From: Candidatus Aegiribacteria sp.
GTDB taxonomy: Bacteria > Fermentibacterota > Fermentibacteria > Fermentibacterales > JCC-6
Direction: 5' to 3'
Assembly (NCBI GenBank): GCA_046498225.1
Contig: JAWOBF010000043.1
Coordinates: forward strand, 28,636 to 92,635
DNA length: 64,000 nt
Shown here: positions 1 through 9,397 of the stretch, one piece after another
How positions within the stretch are numbered: position 1 is the stretch's first letter
Layout of the letters: every line of letters begins with the position of its first letter
Notes under the pieces: generated by a model
Databases searched by the model: none
What the model was told of the DNA's origin: nothing
Seen by the model: the letters and a program-made list of their open reading frames with translations, nothing else
Position numbers and translations under genes: made by a program

Positions 1-26
1 ACGGGACACTCTCTGCAGAAGAGCTT

Positions 27-524
27 TCAAGGCGTCTCTTCCTCATCGGGGCGGGGAAAGTCAAGGTCCTCATGGATGGAGCCTGGAACTCCCGCCACCA
101 GAGCCAGAGCCAGTCCGGCCAGGCTTCCGAGGGCAACCGGCAGACCGGCCAGCTGCAGATACCTTCCAAACCTCAGCCATGAGACCGATTCCAGCCTGAA
201 GGCCGCGATACGGAAGGCAGATCCGGCGGCGAAAAACAAAAGGCCGGCCCAGCGCAGTATCCAGGGAGAGCTCCAGGAGGTCAGCTCCAGGAGAAAGCCG
301 TCGACCGCGCTCACCAGGAGCACGGAGTAGAACACGGCGTAGGGAAGGCTGGCGGACCCTCCCCTGTACCTGCTCTCCCAGGCGCTCCAGATGAGATATA
401 CAAGGACGGTGGCGCCGCTCACCTGGAACTCTATCGAATCCCACGGAAGGGCCTCCAGGTCCACCGCACCCAGGGCCCATAGGACACCTACGAGAACCAG
501 GACCAGGATAAATCTCAATATCAT
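27..524 (-). CDS. Hypothetical integral membrane protein
   Basis: 165-aa ORF with about five hydrophobic segments; no motif recognised. Confidence 0.6.
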   Translation of the reverse strand: MILRFILVLVLVGVLWALGAVDLEALPWDSIEFQVSGATVLVYLIWSAWESRYRGGSASLPYAVFYSVLLVSAVDGFLLELTSWSSPWILRWAGLLFFAAGSAFRIAAFRLESVSWLRFGRYLQLAGLPVALGSLAGLALALVAGVPGSIHEDLDFPRPDEEETP

Positions 525-626
525 TTAATTACAGTGCTCCTCACTATTCGTCTTCCGATGCGTGACCGGCTACGGCCGCGAAACGGCCCCTGACACCATC
601 GAAGGCGTTAGAGACTGGCTGTCTCC

Positions 627-2486
627 CTACCTGACCAGGGAACATTTCATGAGATGGATGGAATCGCCCCTTCTCAGGGAGATAATATACACTCCTGACG
701 CCGACATGCTGCCATCGCGGGATATCCCGTCCCAGTGGAAAGCCTCTCCGGGAAGGGGAGCCCTGAAGGTTCCCGGACCCGCCCCGGCCCGCGTGGAGCG
801 GTGCACAAGCCGGCCTGTCAGATCGAAGACGGTCAGTTCAACGTCAACGGGACCCTGCTGAAGGTCGAATCCCACGTAAATGCCTTCCGTGGAAGGATTG
901 GGGAATACAGAAGGAGGGTCCGAACCCGGTTCGGGGTCCACGAACACCTCCAGCTCGACCCCTTCATCATCCAGGGTTCCCGAGACGGGAATGACCGCTC
1001 CCTCCCCCCCTCCGTGCGAAACCGTGAACGGACCGGTTACGCCGGGACAGAAGGCGAAATATCCGCTGCCGTTGGTATCAGTGTGGTAGAGGGAATCCCC
1101 CATCGTAACGGTGAGAGGGTATTCCGGAAGGGGAGTGAACGAGGAGCTGAGAACGACCCTTCCGGTGACCGAACGATACTTGAGCGCCGCGAAGGCATCT
1201 ATAATTCCGTGCCCGATACTGTTGTCCGGGTCGTGGGAACGCGACGCGGTGACCTTGAGTATTTCCATTATCTCCAGCATGTTCCATTCCGGATGTGCCT
1301 GCTGCAGGGCCGCGGCCGCGGAGGCCGCCAGGGGTGCTGAGAACGATGTTCCATTGCCCTGTGAATACCCGGAAGTACCCTGAAAGGCCAGGCTCACGTT
1401 CACGCCCAGGGCGCAGCCCTCGGGCTTAATCCTGCCGTCGAATGTGGGACCCCTGGAGGAAAATTCCGCTACGTTCCCGGCGTCGTCCACACCGCCCACG
1501 GCGAAGACGGAATCGCCGTCGGCCGGCGCGAGGAGGGTGCCCGTCCCGGGGCCCGCGTTCCCGATGGCATTGAATACCACCATTCCCCTTTTCGCGGCGG
1601 CGTCGGCGGCTACGGTCGTGACAGCGGTGTTCCCGTCCAGGTCGGAGTAGCCGTACCAGTCGATGTAGGCCAGGGAACTGTTGACCAGATGACCGCCCCG
1701 TTCCTCCACCCATTCCAGCCCGGCCACCCAGTAGTCCTCCTCCGCCTGGTACTCGTCGCTGATGTCCTCTGTCTTGGCAAGCAGGTAGGATGCTTCCGGA
1801 GCTCCGCCGGAGAAGGAGCCCTCCGCGAATCCTCCGAGTATCGAAAGAACGGCGGTACCGTGGTCGGACTGTCCGGGGGGGTCATCCGGCTGCTGGGAGG
1901 GGTCGGGGTCGTCGTCGACGAAGTCGTAGCTGTCCAGCACCTCAATGCCTTCAAAGACCTGATGCGCCAGATTGAAGCCGGAGTCCAGCACGCCCACCAC
2001 CACGCCCCGTCCCAGCCATCCCCTCTCGTGCAGCTCGTCCAGCCCCGCCTGGCCCAGCTGAAAGGATGTCACCCCCGCCCGGCTCCCGCTCAGGGGACGG
2101 AGGGGAGGCATGCGGAATGAACTGCCGGCTACGGGGCGAACGTGACTGACGAAGGGAAGGGCCGTGACATGATGGATGTCCCGCTCCGGAATACTGACGC
2201 TCACCGCGTTGAGGAACCTGGATTCGGTCCTCAGGACGCAGCGGTTTACCTGCAGCACCCGACTGACGTAACCGCTCCAGGGGGGGAGATCATACTCGTC
2301 CGCCCCCACAAGACCCGCCGAAACCCTCCGCTCCCATGATGGTGAGTCCATGAGCTCCGCGGTGCGTGCCGCGAGCCTTGTCTGAACATCGGGACCCCTG
2401 TCCGTGAAGAAGACCCACCAGGCGGTTGTTTCGCACAACGCTGCAGCGGAAACCACCAGCAGCAGCAGTGCAACGCGCAGGATCAT
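627..2486 (-). CDS. Secreted S8 (subtilisin-like) serine peptidase with C-terminal FlgD-Ig/T9SS-like domain
   Basis: Signal peptide; catalytic motifs VLDSG, DHGT, GTSFSAP; C-terminal VFPNP...LTVFDLTGR...WDG...SGVY. Confidence 0.92.
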   Translation of the reverse strand: MILRVALLLLVVSAAALCETTAWWVFFTDRGPDVQTRLAARTAELMDSPSWERRVSAGLVGADEYDLPPWSGYVSRVLQVNRCVLRTESRFLNAVSVSIPERDIHHVTALPFVSHVRPVAGSSFRMPPLRPLSGSRAGVTSFQLGQAGLDELHERGWLGRGVVVGVLDSGFNLAHQVFEGIEVLDSYDFVDDDPDPSQQPDDPPGQSDHGTAVLSILGGFAEGSFSGGAPEASYLLAKTEDISDEYQAEEDYWVAGLEWVEERGGHLVNSSLAYIDWYGYSDLDGNTAVTTVAADAAAKRGMVVFNAIGNAGPGTGTLLAPADGDSVFAVGGVDDAGNVAEFSSRGPTFDGRIKPEGCALGVNVSLAFQGTSGYSQGNGTSFSAPLAASAAAALQQAHPEWNMLEIMEILKVTASRSHDPDNSIGHGIIDAFAALKYRSVTGRVVLSSSFTPLPEYPLTVTMGDSLYHTDTNGSGYFAFCPGVTGPFTVSHGGGEGAVIPVSGTLDDEGVELEVFVDPEPGSDPPSVFPNPSTEGIYVGFDLQQGPVDVELTVFDLTGRLVHRSTRAGAGPGTFRAPLPGEAFHWDGISRDGSMSASGVYIISLRRGDSIHLMKCSLVR

Positions 2487-2516
2487 GAAAGCGGATGCCT
2501 GCTCAGACCGGCGACA

Positions 2517-3071
2517 TCAGGTTGACGACTGGTCGTACCACCGCCAGATGTACCACTCACCGGTTGAATCCTCCCGGCATATGAAAAGCGCGTCTCCGGA
2601 GGCCCTGTAACCTGTCTGGTGGGCATCATCGGTGTATACCTTGAGGTCAAAGGTTCGAGGAAGCTGAAGGGACTGGCCGGTGGAATCGCCGGTCCAGGGG
2701 CTCTGTGCTGTTCCGGACAGGGTCAGTTCTATGGCCGTGACGCTGTTGAACATTATCTGGTGGAACTCCTCCTCGAGGTCCAGGCCCCAGTATTCGTCTA
2801 TTATTCCGTCACCGTCGTAATCGTCCCAGTCCACCTGCAGGAGGTGGAACTCGAAATCGTCGCGGAAGCAATCGAGGTAGTGGTCCAGATCCCTGCTCTC
2901 GTAGGCGTACTGAAGGTTCTCGAGCGCCTTGTAGGCGCTGTCAACAGGATTGTGGTACTGCACTTCCTCGCCGGTTTCCGTATCCGGCGAGAAGGGATTC
3001 CAGCATCCCGCCACCAGCAGCACAGCGGCGGCCGCCGAAACCATCAGAGCATGTATTTTCGTTTTTTTCAT
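2517..3071 (-). CDS. Hypothetical lipoprotein
   Basis: Start moved to ATG 3071 (MKKTKI...LVAGC lipobox); DYDGDG motif; similar to 40722..41342. Confidence 0.75.
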   Translation of the reverse strand: MKKTKIHALMVSAAAAVLLVAGCWNPFSPDTETGEEVQYHNPVDSAYKALENLQYAYESRDLDHYLDCFRDDFEFHLLQVDWDDYDGDGIIDEYWGLDLEEEFHQIMFNSVTAIELTLSGTAQSPWTGDSTGQSLQLPRTFDLKVYTDDAHQTGYRASGDALFICREDSTGEWYIWRWYDQSST

Positions 3072-3230
3072 GGTGGATTCCCTCTGTTCGCTCATTGTAC
3101 TCGATGCACCTCCGATCGTAACCATATAACTCCACCCATGGAAAATTGTTCCAGAACCTCTTCCTGTCAAGAAGACGTCCCGTGTTGACGATTGCTCCTG
3201 ACCGCTGCATTTATCAATTTGGAGGATTGG

Positions 3231-4439
3231 ATGACTAACATCGCTTTATGTCTTCTGATATTCATCACCGGACAGGCTGCCACGGTGGACCAGGCAATAG
3301 AGCTGTACCTCATGGGAGACATGAGAGGCAGCATATCCGCGCTGGAGTCGCTTCTGGACAGGGGAGGCCTTACCCTGGACGAGGAGGTAAGGGCCTACCA
3401 CCGGCTGGGAGCCGCTTATTACGGCCTGGGAGAGACGGACAATACGGAAGACTCCTTCTACAGTCTCCTCATCCTGGACCCCTACTACGATCTGGGACCG
3501 TGGGAGAATCCGGAACTCAGGAGCATACTCAACGACGTGAGGCAGGAGAACCTGGCCACGGTCCTGATACAGGGGGAGCCCCGCGGGGCTCTGGTTTTCC
3601 TCCAGGACCAGTACCTGGGCTCCACCCCCTTCATCCACGATAACCTTATCGGGGGCCAGTCCTATACTTTCACCATCATGGCGGAAGGCTACCGGACCAG
3701 TGTGAAGACCTGCAGCGTTGCGCCGGGACAGCTGCATACCCTTACCTACCAGATGGAATCGGAATCTTCTCCCGGGACCGGGACACTCGCCGGGAGGGAG
3801 GATGTCCTTGCTCAGGTGGAATCCCGGGGACATGATACCCAATTCCCCGACACTTCCTCCGCAGCCGGACAGGACGGGTCGGGAAGCATGAGCATCGAAA
3901 GACTGAACGCGCTGCTTCACGGAGGGGAGGAGATGGCGGCCCTGGAGGATGTGGGCCCGTTGAACATGAGTTCCTCCGAGAATGAGGACCAAACCTCGGG
4001 GCGGGAGTTCACCCGCGACCGCGTCAGGTTCGAGAGTACCGGCGGAACCATAGAGACCGACTCCCGGAGCGGGGCCCGCATGGTCTTCTCCGATGTAAAC
4101 GTAGAGTCGGAGGAGGTTCTTCAGACCGCTCCCGGCGCAACCTACGGCTCCAGGTCCTCCGGCGAGGTCAGGGGCGTGCTGGCCTCCAAGGAAAGCGCCG
4201 TAACCTTCATATACAACAAGCACCTCAGATCCGACCCACTCCTGTCGGGGACGGTGGTGATCGAGATGATCATACAGCCCAGCGGCAGGGTCTCGGACGT
4301 GAGAATAATCGACTCCAACACCATGAATCCGGCCTTCGACCTTGAACTGGCCGCCAATGTTGAAACCTGGAGGTTCGGAGCGGTGGATGAGGACGAGGGT
4401 CCGCTTCCGGTCACCTACCCCTTCGTCTTTTCCCGCTGA
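3231..4439 (+). CDS. Exported TPR + PEGA + TonB-C-like (AgmX/PglI-type C-terminal) protein
   Basis: GGAGG before ATG 3231; TPR helix YHRLGAAYYGLG; PEGA-like GEPRGALVFL..YLGSTP; C-terminal YNKHLRSDPLLSGTVV...WRF...VTYPFVF. Confidence 0.78.
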   Translation: MTNIALCLLIFITGQAATVDQAIELYLMGDMRGSISALESLLDRGGLTLDEEVRAYHRLGAAYYGLGETDNTEDSFYSLLILDPYYDLGPWENPELRSILNDVRQENLATVLIQGEPRGALVFLQDQYLGSTPFIHDNLIGGQSYTFTIMAEGYRTSVKTCSVAPGQLHTLTYQMESESSPGTGTLAGREDVLAQVESRGHDTQFPDTSSAAGQDGSGSMSIERLNALLHGGEEMAALEDVGPLNMSSSENEDQTSGREFTRDRVRFESTGGTIETDSRSGARMVFSDVNVESEEVLQTAPGATYGSRSSGEVRGVLASKESAVTFIYNKHLRSDPLLSGTVVIEMIIQPSGRVSDVRIIDSNTMNPAFDLELAANVETWRFGAVDEDEGPLPVTYPFVFSR

Positions 4440-4481
4440 ACCTCGCAGTTTCCCGAACCGTCGAGGGAGAATGAGAACAGT

Positions 4482-5069
4482 ATGAGCGAAAAGAGAGTTC
4501 TGGAGATACTGAGAACCACTGACGCCCTTCTGGAGGGACACTTCAAGTACACTTCCGGCCGTCACGGCAGGGAGTATTTCGAGAAGATACGCATTGTCCG
4601 GGAACCCCGTTTCGTTGACGAGCTGGGAAGTATGATGGCGGTGATGATGGAAGATGTCCGTGAAGGCATCGATGTCGTATGCGCACCGGCCTACGGAGCG
4701 GTGGTTTTCGGATATTCCACGGCTCTGCACATGGGCCTGAGCTTCGCATTCCTTCAGCGTGACCGCCGGGCCAGGATGTCGATTCGGCCGGGTTTCCTCG
4801 ACCTGCTGAAGAACAGCCGTGTTCTTCTGGTGGAGGACGTGTCCACCACCGGCGGCAGCATAGTCGAATCGATAGAGGCCCTGGAAAGGGCGGGGGCCGA
4901 GGTCGTTCAGGTGGGTCTGATAGTTGACAGGACGGCGGGAAAGCTCGATCTGGGCGTACCTTACAGGTCCCTTCTCAGTGTGGAGGCCGTCAGCTGGGCG
5001 GCCGATGAGTGTCCCCTCTGCCTGAAGGGGGTCCCTGTCACCGCGCCGGGCTCCTCCGGCAAGAAATAG
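4482..5069 (+). CDS. pyrE: Orotate phosphoribosyltransferase
   Basis: LEGHFKYTSGRH; PRPP motif VLLVEDVSTTGGS; C-terminal CPLC. Confidence 0.93.
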   Translation: MSEKRVLEILRTTDALLEGHFKYTSGRHGREYFEKIRIVREPRFVDELGSMMAVMMEDVREGIDVVCAPAYGAVVFGYSTALHMGLSFAFLQRDRRARMSIRPGFLDLLKNSRVLLVEDVSTTGGSIVESIEALERAGAEVVQVGLIVDRTAGKLDLGVPYRSLLSVEAVSWAADECPLCLKGVPVTAPGSSGKK

Positions 5070-5114
5070 ACGCCTTCGGCATACCCGGCTGCCGGACATC
5101 GCCCGCTGAGACTG

Positions 5115-5987
5115 TCAGGGTCTCTGGTTGAAGAACTCCGAGAGCTGCGTGTAGAGTTCGGGGGCCTTCCGCTTCATCGTTTCCGGTTTTTCGAAGAAAG
5201 CCTCCACCGCGCAGGCGAAGAACTCCGCCGGATTGGTCCCTGCGTAGTGCCGCAGAATTGACCTTCCCCTGCCCACCTTCTCGAACTCCCTCTGCATCAC
5301 CTCCACCCAGGGTCTGTAGGAGCCCAGGGTCAGTTCATCGGGGATCCCGTCCGGGCGGTAGCCGTCCAGCACATGGGCGAACTCGTGATAACCAACGTTG
5401 TAGCCGTCATCTTCATGCTGGAAGCCCCGCAGCAGGTGGGGAAGGGAGAGGATAACGTTGCCGGATGAGTGGACCAGTCCCGCCGCGGCGGCATCGGTTC
5501 CTCTGAGGTCGGTGGAGTAGGAACCGTCGGTCCTGAAACCTCCGGGATAGACCAGTATCTCCCCGAAATCCCTGAACTCCCACTCAGGCCTCATGAAAAC
5601 CAGGCGCACGGCCGTGGCGGCCACCAGCAGCGCTACTTTCCTTGTTATCTCAACCTGATCGACCCCCGTAATACTGTGTTCCGCCAGGAATATGGCCAGG
5701 TTGGCCTCGTAGGTCTTCCTGTCCCGCTCCGAAAGCGTGCAGTAGAAGGACACGTTCTCCCGCAGTATCCTTCTGTCCTCGTCGCTGAGGGGCCGCCGGG
5801 ATATCCGAAGCCTTCTGCGGTACTTCGGGAGGTAGATACCGTAATAGTAGACCGCCCCAATAACGAACACCACCGGCACCACCGGAAGGGCCCTTCCGGC
5901 CGCGATGAAGGGAAGGCTGAAAAGAAGACAGGCCAGGAACGTGATTCCCAGCCTTGCCTTCAGTTTACCGCGGGGGTAGATCTCCAT
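5115..5987 (-). CDS. M90 (MtfA-like) zinc peptidase with N-terminal membrane anchor
   Basis: ILVYP, HEFAH, YAGTNPAEFFA..EAFFEKP; two N-terminal hydrophobic helices. Confidence 0.88.
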   Translation of the reverse strand: MEIYPRGKLKARLGITFLACLLFSLPFIAAGRALPVVPVVFVIGAVYYYGIYLPKYRRRLRISRRPLSDEDRRILRENVSFYCTLSERDRKTYEANLAIFLAEHSITGVDQVEITRKVALLVAATAVRLVFMRPEWEFRDFGEILVYPGGFRTDGSYSTDLRGTDAAAAGLVHSSGNVILSLPHLLRGFQHEDDGYNVGYHEFAHVLDGYRPDGIPDELTLGSYRPWVEVMQREFEKVGRGRSILRHYAGTNPAEFFACAVEAFFEKPETMKRKAPELYTQLSEFFNQRP

Positions 5988-5992
5988 TCGGG

Positions 5993-6556
5993 TCAGACCT
6001 TCTTGATGAAGTGCCGCTCCACCTGTATGCGCTTGAGTTCCCGCTTGAATATCTCCCTGTCCTTCTGCTCGCTCTGCAGCTCTTCCTGAGCCTCCTCCAG
6101 CTTGTGCTCCTCCAGCCTGAAGGCCCTCCAGGCCTTGCTGTAGCTCTCCTTGAGCGAATCCAGCTCCTCCGGTTCCAGTTTCTCCTCATCGGCGTTTTCC
6201 GCGGCTACCCTGACCTTCTCGAAGGCTTCCCTGGCCTCAGCGGCCAGCCTGGATTCCTCCTTGACCTCCTCGCTGAACTGCTTCATCTCATCCTGGCTGA
6301 AGTCCATCTCCTTCATGATCCTCTCCTCCAGCTCGTCCAGAAGAGGTGTCAGGAATTCCCGCACATCTTCGATGAAGCTGCGGTAGCGCTCCACCGACCT
6401 TCGAAGCTTCTTCTCCCTGCGGATGTTCTGAATTCCGTTGAGTCTCTCCTGCCACTGGTGGAGCTGGCGTACGCTATCCACCAGGTCCTTCCGTATGGCG
6501 TTCTTGAAATGTATGTCAGTCTTGAGCTTTCTCTCCACCGCGGTATGCTGGTCCAT
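5993..6556 (-). CDS. Hypothetical coiled-coil protein
   Basis: E/K/R-rich helical sequence; GGGGAG RBS before ATG 6556. Confidence 0.65.
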   Translation of the reverse strand: MDQHTAVERKLKTDIHFKNAIRKDLVDSVRQLHQWQERLNGIQNIRREKKLRRSVERYRSFIEDVREFLTPLLDELEERIMKEMDFSQDEMKQFSEEVKEESRLAAEAREAFEKVRVAAENADEEKLEPEELDSLKESYSKAWRAFRLEEHKLEEAQEELQSEQKDREIFKRELKRIQVERHFIKKV

Positions 6557-6672
6557 GTAAACGCTCCCCTTAATTGGATTTGGATAACTGTCACTCACTT
6601 ATGCGCAGTCCCGATAAATTGCTCTAAAACGCCTTTCTGTCAAGGCTGCGTCGATGGAGGCGGCGGGAATGA

Positions 6673-7200
6673 TCAGCTTTCCCGTTCCCCGTCGCGCTCC
6701 GCGTCCCGCTCCAGGGCGGCGTAGCTGAACCTGATACCCAGGCCGGGGTCCAGCCCCAGCTTCTCCGCGGCATGAAGAACGGCCTCTTCCGACTCCGCCT
6801 CTATCTCCACGAAGTTCCCGAACCAGAGACTGTCCAGACATACTGAAGCCTCACCCAGGCTGCATTCCCGCCGGGTCTTCCGATACCGGTACACCACACC
6901 GTATCCCAGAAGGCCGAACAGCTCCAGCGCATCCTCCTGGGAGCAGTCCAGCACCGCCTCCTTCTCCTGACGGACCTTCAGCGCCGTCGCCGGAAGCGGC
7001 TTCTTTACCGTGACAAGGGTTCCCTTTTCATGATTCCGAAGCCGGAAGAGCAGATCGTTCCTTCCCAGGGGACCCCCCATCCTGTCCAGCACCAGATTGT
7101 TCTCCTCCACCGCTTCCCCGGGATCTATTCCCAGGTCCGAAAGACGTCTCTCGATCTCTGTGTGGTCTTCCACCCTGAACTTCAATTCCATCTCAAGCAA
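6673..7200 (-). CDS. CYTH-domain protein (class IV adenylate cyclase/triphosphatase-like)
   Basis: EMELKF (ExExK), FRLR, YRKTR, FVEIE; start TTG 7200 or ATG 7191. Confidence 0.88.
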   Translation of the reverse strand: MLEMELKFRVEDHTEIERRLSDLGIDPGEAVEENNLVLDRMGGPLGRNDLLFRLRNHEKGTLVTVKKPLPATALKVRQEKEAVLDCSQEDALELFGLLGYGVVYRYRKTRRECSLGEASVCLDSLWFGNFVEIEAESEEAVLHAAEKLGLDPGLGIRFSYAALERDAERDGERES

Positions 7201-7227
7201 CGCACACCCCCATGCAAGAGCCGCTGA

Positions 7228-7256
7228 TTGACCGATATGATATGATAGCTTAAATT
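7228..7256 (+). promoter_or_regulatory. Sigma70-type promoter of tRNA-Ser
   Basis: TTGACC (7228-7233), 17-nt spacer, TAAATT (7251-7256), 10 nt before the tRNA. Confidence 0.6.
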
Positions 7257-7266
7257 CCATCTTTGC

Positions 7267-7352
7267 GGAGGACTAGTCTAACTGGTAAGGCAGCGGATTT
7301 GAAATCCGCCGGGTTTATTCCCTTCGGGGTTCGAGTCCCCGGTCCTCCGCCA
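7267..7352 (+). tRNA. tRNA-Ser (UGA)
   Basis: Acceptor GGAGGAC/GTCCTCC, G73, encoded CCA; anticodon arm GCGGA-TTTGAAA-TCCGC; variable arm; T arm CGGGG-TTCGAGT-CCCCG. Confidence 0.95.
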
Positions 7353-7391
7353 TCACCCGGTCGAGAACCAGCTGATTTCGGATTTCCATGC

Positions 7392-7424
7392 AGAAAGGGG
7401 AGCCCTCTGAAGGACTCCCCCTCT
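7392..7424 (-). terminator. Intrinsic terminator between the convergent tRNA-Ser and lipoprotein gene
   Basis: Minus strand GGGGAGTCCT-TCAG-AGGGCTCCCC followed by TTTCT. Confidence 0.65.
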
Positions 7425-7444
7425 AATCGTCAATCTGAAGAGCT

Positions 7445-7831
7445 CTAGAACATGCCTCCGCTGACCACGACCCAGCTGCCGTCCTCGAGTACCAGATCGA
7501 TCTCGTCCTCCTGGGTCTCGCCCATGAAGGTCATCTCCACCATTACCACGGCTTCCTCGCCGTCGATCTCGGAGCCGAGAACCTTTATGTCCATGTCGCC
7601 GAGCATGGCCAGCATGGACTGAGCCATTTCCTTGTCCTCATCGGACATGTTCTCTATCTCAGCACGCTCGTCTGCGGGCAGGTACTGCGCCATGGCGTCG
7701 AAATCACCATTCTTCATGGCGGCGAACATTCCATTCACGGCGTCTTCGGGACTGCTGGCCCCTCCGCCGCCGCCGCCGCAGGCCATCATTGCGAGGCCGG
7801 CAATACCCAGAACAGCAAGAAGTTTACGCAT
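7445..7831 (-). CDS. Lipoprotein, DUF4878/NTF2-like
   Basis: GGAGGT then ATG 7831; lipobox MMAC, poly-Gly linker, SPEDAVNGMFAAMKNGD...LVLEDGSW. Confidence 0.8.
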   Translation of the reverse strand: MRKLLAVLGIAGLAMMACGGGGGGASSPEDAVNGMFAAMKNGDFDAMAQYLPADERAEIENMSDEDKEMAQSMLAMLGDMDIKVLGSEIDGEEAVVMVEMTFMGETQEDEIDLVLEDGSWVVVSGGMF

Positions 7832-7961
7832 CTGTTTTACCTCCATTAAGAGTATCAGAAGCTGCGCGATTCCGCGAATATGGAAGGCTCAACCCCTGAA
7901 GGCCTGATTCGAACATCAGATACTACAAATACGCGCAGCTCGGGTCAACACCAAACAGTCC

Positions 7962-8447
7962 TCAGAAAAGGCGTTCCAGTACGGATGAGCCCGTTACCCG
8001 CCATGCGGAGTCCTCCCAGGCGAGCTGAAAGGTCATGGAGAAGCCCGAATCCCAGGTGAACACCACCTGCGCGTTCCTGCCCGACATGGAGGTGTTCTCG
8101 GATACGACTTCGTCCAGGGAGGGCAGCTGTACAGACCCGAGCAATCCTGAGACGAAATCCTCCAGCGTCATCCATTCCAGGTCAGAGGGCGCCAGGCCCG
8201 CTCCGGTTCTCCGAAGAAGCTCTTCCGCCAGCTGCGGGTTCTGCAGAGCTATCTCCTGAAGCTGGGCGTACGCGGCCTCTATCTGAGACCTGACGCTGTT
8301 GGAGAGCATTTCCATGAAAGAGTCTCCATCACACCGCTCCACAGCGTAGAGAATGTCCCAGGCGGCATCGATGGGGGTGGCGCGCGCCGACGGGGCAAAT
8401 GCGACGACCGCCACGGCGACGGTCAGGGAAGTCCGCAGCAAATCCAT
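7962..8447 (-). CDS. Exported hypothetical protein, NTF2-like
   Basis: Signal peptide ending ARA; TPIDAA...LAWEDSAWRV parallels the adjacent lipoprotein. Confidence 0.65.
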   Translation of the reverse strand: MDLLRTSLTVAVAVVAFAPSARATPIDAAWDILYAVERCDGDSFMEMLSNSVRSQIEAAYAQLQEIALQNPQLAEELLRRTGAGLAPSDLEWMTLEDFVSGLLGSVQLPSLDEVVSENTSMSGRNAQVVFTWDSGFSMTFQLAWEDSAWRVTGSSVLERLF

Positions 8448-9397
8448 GTTCGTCCTTTCCTGTAGACATGTATCGACAGGGGTCCTTCAACCGCTTGATC
8501 CATTCTGTGCTCGCCGGGGCCAAGCCGGCCGGTCCACATGCCGCCTTGGGAGCCGAAAACCGCGACTTCCCCCCCGGAAGGCAGCCTGACGGCAACCCTT
8601 CCGTCCTCCCTCGCGGCCCTGAAACCGCGGGCATCTCCCAGAATGGCGTTGCTGGTGAAGCAGGAGCCCCTTTTCAGCGCGTCGAGTATTCTTCTTTCCG
8701 CCAGGGCGTCATCGCCGGGAAGTTCCTCCTCCAGCAATATATGCGTCAGCAGCCTTCTGAACAGCATGGGGTAGGGAAACACCACCAGCTTTCTCCTTCC
8801 CGGGCCGAACTTCAGAGCGTGGGCGTCCGGCCCGGCTATGGCGCAGCCTCCCACATTCCTCCAGAACTCTATCGCGGCGGGGTCCGGATGTTCCACGGAA
8901 TCGTCGGGATGCTTCAGCTTCATTCTCATGTTCAGCAGAGAGATGTTCCTCTTCCACAGCGACATGTAGTTCCAGACCTCCACTCCCGCCAGCCCCTCCG
9001 TACTGTCCGCGGTCCATGCGTAGCTTCCGGTCCTGGGCAGTTTCCCCGGGGCTTCGGTGGGGTGGGCGGCTATGGCCACGCCCCCCCGCCGGTTCACGAA
9101 TTCAATCTGTTCGGATGTATCGGCGGACGGGGGCAGACCGTCGATGCCCCAGGCCAGGATGTGGCTCTTCCGGGCGGAGTCCTCCAGCTCTGTCCCGGCA
9201 AGGACGAAGAGGGAGGAATTCCAACCGCCGTAGCCGTTGTCCCTGGCCCAAAGTGTCCTGTGGTCGTTGATGCCCAGGATATCCGCGCCGGCCGCCACGG
9301 CCTCCGCCATGACCTCCTCCATGGTCCCGGTGCCGTCGGACGCTCTGGTGTGAACGTGCAGCAGCGCTCTCTTCTCCACGGAAGGGAAGGATATCAT
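8423..9397 (-). CDS. PHP-domain metallophosphoesterase
   Basis: HVHT..SDG, INDH, GTE, AAHP, GVEVWN, GPDAH. Confidence 0.88.
   Translation of the reverse strand: MISFPSVEKRALLHVHTRASDGTGTMEEVMAEAVAAGADILGINDHRTLWARDNGYGGWNSSLFVLAGTELEDSARKSHILAWGIDGLPPSADTSEQIEFVNRRGGVAIAAHPTEAPGKLPRTGSYAWTADSTEGLAGVEVWNYMSLWKRNISLLNMRMKLKHPDDSVEHPDPAAIEFWRNVGGCAIAGPDAHALKFGPGRRKLVVFPYPMLFRRLLTHILLEEELPGDDALAERRILDALKRGSCFTSNAILGDARGFRAAREDGRVAVRLPSGGEVAVFGSQGGMWTGRLGPGEHRMDQAVEGPLSIHVYRKGRTWICCGLP

Noticed and set aside
3246..5099. 617-aa minus-strand ORF
   Set aside because: Antisense shadow of the TPR/PEGA gene and pyrE; no motifs
7265..7352. tRNA as selenocysteine, suppressor or allo-tRNA (upstream GC could extend the acceptor stem; short variable arm)
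   Set aside because: Anticodon is UGA (reads UCA, Ser), not UCA; it folds as a standard 7/5 cloverleaf with G73-CCA, and the extra pairing would consume the discriminator and CCA
7353..7445. tRNA-Ser or tRNA-Leu as an integration site
   Set aside because: No integrase nearby, no duplicated tRNA 3' end noticed, and flanking genes look native
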